Below, in pieces: positions 58,767-64,000 of a stretch of DNA of 64,000 bases. The stretch is from Eledone cirrhosa (lineage: Eukaryota): positions 213,838,001 to 213,902,000 of the forward strand of contig OZ024741.1 of NCBI GenBank assembly GCA_964016885.1. Reading direction: 5' to 3'. The notes below the pieces were generated by a model. The model had not been told where the DNA came from, did no database searches, and saw nothing but the letters and a program-made list of their open reading frames with translations. The position numbers and the translations under genes were made by a program. The first letter of the stretch is position 1. Every line of letters begins with the position of its first letter.

Positions 58767-59082
58767 GACAGCGTCGGTTGTAACAAGCAAAATTTGGCTG
58801 CTTGCTAAATCGTAGACACATAAAAAGACAACACACACACGCACACACACGACAGCGTCGGTTGAAACAAGCAGAATTTTGGCTGCTTACTAAATCGTAG
58901 ACACATAAAAAGACAGCACACACACACACACGACAGCGTCGGTTGAAGCAAGCAGAATTTTGGCTGCTTTCTAAACCGTAGACACATAAAAAGATAACAC
59001 ACACACACACACACACGACAGCGTCGGTTGAAGCAAGCAGAATTTTGGCTGCTTGCTAAATTGTAGACCCATAAAAAGATAA
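58767..59082. repeat. Four ~65-bp hairpin-containing units separated by (CA)n
   Basis: GACAGCGTCGGTTG..AAGCAG aattttgg CTGCTT..GACACATAAAAAGA, four times. Confidence 0.93.
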
Positions 59083-59708
59083 CACACACACACACACACC
59101 CACTAGATAACACTACATGCGACTTTGACCGGGAGGGTCATTTAGAGGGAATTAGAAGGGCCGAGGTAAGGCTGCACAGCCCCACTTTCTGCCATGGCAA
59201 TTGGACTGCATGCCCTGATTTCCAGGTTACCCTTCGGGAGTAGCATAGACATGTTGTCTACCACACCACTAAAAATAACAGCTAGGTAAACAACGGACTT
59301 TTTCTCTACATATGGGAGAATTTACATAAAATGAGATCAATATGCCCACAGGTACTAAGTACCCTCGGGAATATATAGGGTGTCTATGATACAGTTGTTG
59401 TTCAATGGTATTAATTTGACATACCAGAACTATAAAATTGAGATAAGCGGAACCAGTAAAATTCAAACAATCCTTCAAAATAAATTCAAAAGATATAATT
59501 TAAATATTTACCTATCCATATTGCTTTTACCGACGGTTTCGCCTCACAAAATATTGGAAATCCGAGGGACTTCCAATAGAAAGTTCGGCTTCTACTAACG
59601 ACCAGTTCACGTGTAGGTCACGATTACGGCCCAATTCGATCCTGCACTAGCTGGCTGAAGGCAATATATTTGCCGGCTGTGGGACTTTATGTCCTATGTA
59701 AGGGAAAA

Positions 59709-59789
59709 TGCTTTCTGAAGAGCCGAACTTAACATTGGAAGTCCTTCAGATTTCCAATCTTTTGTGAGGCGAAACGGTCGGTAAAAGCA
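59709..59789 (+). ncRNA. Hammerhead motif with extended stem II
   Basis: tgcttt-CTGAAGA-GCC..ATTGGAAGTC cttca GATTTCCAAT..GGC-GAAA-cgg-TC-ggta-aaagca; stem I bulged. Confidence 0.62.
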
Positions 59790-59924
59790 ATATGGATAGG
59801 TATAACGACCAGTTGACGTGATGTTGATAATGATGGTGATGTTGAATATGTTAATGATGGTGATGATGTTTCTACTGTTGTCAGAGTACGTCGTTGAGGT
59901 GGTGACGTTGGTGGTGTCACGTCG

Positions 59925-61450
59925 ATTGTGGTGGTGGTGGTGGTGGTGGTGGTAAACACCAGTGGATATTTAGTGGTAGATACGACGACGACAATTACCA
60001 CCACCACCGTCACCACCATTGCCACTACCACCAAAGAAAAGCAACAATACCACCCACTACACCACTACCACCCACAACACCACTACCATCTACAACACCA
60101 CTACCAAACACAACCACCCCAGCACTAGCCCATACATCACCACAAGCACCAACACCAACAACACTACCAACACCACCACCAACAACCACCACCAACCACC
60201 ACCAACCACCACCAACCACCACCATCACCACACCCACCCACCACCACCACCAACACCACCAACACCACCAACACCACCACCAACCACCACCAGCAACCAC
60301 ACCACCAACCACACCACCAACCACACCACCACCGCCAATACCAACACCAACACCACCAACACCAACACCAACACCAACACCACCACGAACAACAACAACA
60401 ACACACCACCAACAACAACACCACCACCACCACCAACACTACAACTATCACTTCTATTACCACCTCCACCACCACCACTTTTGCTCACTTCATAGCCCAC
60501 CCCATTAAAAACATTTTGCCTGCACCGCCACCGCCATTTAGCAGCCAATGAAAGCCAGATTCCACCACTACAAACGACCATTCATTGCTGAAACTACTAC
60601 CACTACTGCTACCACTACTACCACCACTACATACCAACACCATCACTACCATCACCACCACCAACAACAACATTATCACAGCTACAATCACTACATACTT
60701 ACACCACTACATACCACCACCACCACAATTAATATCACTACTGCTACTGCACCCCACCACCACCACACCACCACCACACCACCATCTTCCCCACCATTAA
60801 CAAAACCACCACCAACACCACTACTTCAGCAACCATTTCTACATACCATCACCATAACATACCACCACAACCAGAACTAACATGGCACACCACCCCTGCT
60901 ATTAATAATATTAATAACACCAACAACAACAACAACAGCAACGCTAATACCAGCACAGCCACCATTAACAGCACCACCACTAACAACACCACCACCACAA
61001 CCCATACCAGAACCCACAACAATAACAGCACCACCACCCATAACAACAACACTAACGCCACTACCAGCCGTACCACGACTAACAATAACAACACCACTAC
61101 CACCACCACCGCAACAGCAGCAACCCCACTACCTCTAACAACAACAACAACGTCACCACTACCACTACCACCACCACCACCACCCACAACAACAACACCA
61201 GCAATGCCACTACCATTACCACTACCACTACAGCCACCACTAACAACAACAACACCTCTACCACTACCACTACAGCCACCGCTAACAACAACGACGCCAC
61301 CACTACCACTACAACCACAACTAACAACAACAACGCCACCACCACCACAATCAACACCGCTACCACTTCCACCACCAACACCGCCTTCTACAATGTTGGC
61401 AACAATAGCATTATCATTACTACCAGCAGCAACTCAGCAGCAGCAGCAGC
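59925..61450. repeat. ACC/AAC low-complexity region
   Basis: Direct reading. Confidence 0.9.
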
Positions 61451-61674
61451 AGTGACGGCACGGTTTCGGTGAAGACGGCGGCACAAGGAGTGGTGCAGAA
61501 GAAGGATGGTAGTGGCAGGCAACCCAGCTAAGTCAGCATCTTGAACAGCGCCACCTACCCCATCACTAACACTGTCAGCATCAGATGCAGCAGCAGCAAC
61601 AGCAGCAGCACTAGCCACATTCCACGCATAGTCTCTGACCAAGAAGAGTCGAAAGCGAGGGAAATTACGATATT

Positions 61675-63075
61675 GTAACAACAACAACAGTAGCTGTTAC
61701 AACAACAACAGTAGATGTTACCACAACAACATTACCTGTTACAACAACAACAGTAGCTGTAACAACAACAGTAGCTGTTACCACAACAACAGTAGCTGTT
61801 ACAACAACAGTAGCTGTAACAACAACAGTAGCTGTTACCACAACAACAGTACCTGTTAAAACAACAACAGTAGCTGTAACAACAACAGTAGCTGTTACCA
61901 CAACAACAGTAGCTGTTACAACAACAGTAGCTGTAACAACAACAGTAGCTGTTACCACAACAACAGTACCTGTTACAACAACAACAGTAGCTGTAACAAC
62001 AACAGTAGCTGTTACAACAACAGTAGCTGTAACAACAACAGTAGCTGTTACCACAACAACAGTAGCTGTAACAACAACAGTAGCTGTTACCACAACAACA
62101 GTACCTGTTAAAACAACAACAGTAGCTGTAACAACAACAGTAGCTGTTACCACAACAACAGTAGCTGTTACAACAACAGTAGCTGTAACAACAACAGTAG
62201 CTGTTACCACAACAACAGTACCTGTTACAACAACAACAGTAGCTGTAACAACAACAGTAGCTGTTACAACAACAGTAGCTGTAACAACAACAGTAGCTGT
62301 TACCACAACAACAGTAGCTGTTACAACAACAGTAGCTGTAACAACAACAGTAGCTGTTACCACAACAACAGTAGCTGTTACAACAACAGTAGTTGTAACA
62401 ACAACAGTAGCTGTAACAACAACAGTAGCTGTTACCACAACAACAGTAGCTGTTACAACAACAACAACAGTAGCTGTAATAACAACAGTAGCTGTAACAA
62501 CAACAGTAGCTATTACAACAACAACAGTAGCTGTTACCACAACAACATTACCTGTTACAACAACAACAGTAGCTGTAACAACAACAGTAGCTGTTACCAC
62601 AACAACAGTAGCTGTTACAACAACACCAGTAGCTGTAACAACAACAGTATCTGTTACAACAACAACATTAGCTGTTACAACAACAGTAGCTGTAGCAGTA
62701 GCTGTAACAACAGTAGCTGTAACAACAGTAGCTGTAACAGCAGTAGCTGCAACAACAGTAGCTGTAACAACAGTTGCTGTAACAACAGTTGCTGTAACAA
62801 CAGTAGCTGTAACAACAGTAAATGTAACAGCAGTAACTGTAACAACAGTAGCTGTAACAACAGTAAATGTAACAGCAGTAACTGTAACCACAACAGTAAC
62901 TGTAACAACAGTTGCTGTAACAACAGTAGCTGTAACAACAGTTGCTGTAACAAGAGTAGCTGTAACAGCAGTAGCTGTAACAACAGTAGCTGTAACAGCA
63001 GTAACTGTAACAACAGTAGCTGTAACAACAGTAAATGTAACAACAGTAACTGTAACCACAACAGTAACTGTAACA
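61675..63075. repeat. 15/18/21-bp minisatellite built on ACAACAGTAGCTGT[A/T]
   Basis: Direct reading. Confidence 0.96.
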
Positions 63076-64000
63076 ACAATGACAATAAGCAGCAATACAT
63101 GCGTGAACAACAACAACAATAACTGCAGGAAAAAGAACAGCAGATATAACATCACCAACAACAATAGCAATAAAAACAGCAGCAATAACAGCAACCATAT
63201 AGCAACAACAATAACAATAATTGTTGTGTTACAGCTATTGCTCGTGTTACAAAGATAACAGCAGCTGTAACAAGAAAAACAATATCAGTCGCTGTAACAA
63301 CAAGGATAACAACATCAGATGTAACAACAACAGCTGTAACAACATCAATAACAACAATTGTAACAACATTAGCTATAATCACTTCCCTTTTACTAACAGC
63401 AAAACAAAAGCTACAAAATAGTTTCCGGCTGTTAACAACAGCAACTACATGTAATAGTCACTGTAACAATAGCAACAACAACCAAAACACTGTAACAATA
63501 CTAACAACAATAGCATTGTAACCTGAGTGACAATAACACTAACAATAGCAACAACAATAGCGTTGTAACCATAGCAACAATAACGTTGTAACAATTGCAA
63601 CAACAATAGCATTATAAGCAGAGCGGAAGTAACACTAACAATAGCAACAACAATAGCGCTGTAACTATAGCAACAATGATAACATTGAAACAATAGCAAC
63701 AGTAATAACACCGTAACATTAGAAATATGATAATAACGTAAGAACAGCAACGATCATAAGACTGAAACCATAGCAACAACAATGACGCTGCAACAATAAA
63801 ACATTAATAATGAAACAATAGCAACAACAGTGATACTGCAACAATAACAATAACCTTATAACAATCACACTGCAACATTAATATTGTAACAATAGCAACA
63901 ACAATGAGAATAACAGACAATAACGATAACACCAATAACACTATAACAATAGAAAACAATAACATTATACCAATAGCTATGTAAGAACAGTAACAGCAAC

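Noticed and set aside
58767-59082. CRISPR array
   Set aside because: Spacers are (CA)n rather than unique sequence, units are ~65 bp, the context is eukaryotic and there are no cas genes.
61450-61675. Possible host exon among CAG/AAC repeats
   Set aside because: No recognisable protein in any frame examined and no clear splice boundaries.
61665-63194. 509-aa V/T/A ORF (antifreeze- or mucin-like)
   Set aside because: Minisatellite with unit lengths divisible by 3; overlapping frames are also open; no unique coding flanks.

Overview
Repeat-saturated animal genomic DNA; the SINE and microsatellite make-up looks octopus/cephalopod-like, which is inference, not a database match. No host protein-coding gene can be supported, and almost all ORF-track entries are microsatellite translations. 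The window holds: one near-full-length L1/Tx1-clade LINE (about 32575-38389, +) plus two fragments of the same group, with two of the three copies abutting (TCTA)n; many Penelope-like element (PLE) 3' fragments sitting in (TA)n tracts; about 20 type I hammerhead ribozyme motifs read by eye from roughly a dozen sequence families, several in head-to-head inverted pairs and two in tandem 235 nt apart; a bipartite RTE-derived element in 4 copies; abundant tRNA-derived SINEs; a pogo/Tigger deletion derivative; a 79-bp mariner-type MITE; two Helitron-like elements; and long mini/microsatellites. The best leads are the hammerhead/PLE system associated with (TA)n and a possibly (TCTA)n-specific Tx1 LINE. 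All alignments and folds were done by eye, and boundaries are approximate unless a motif is quoted.
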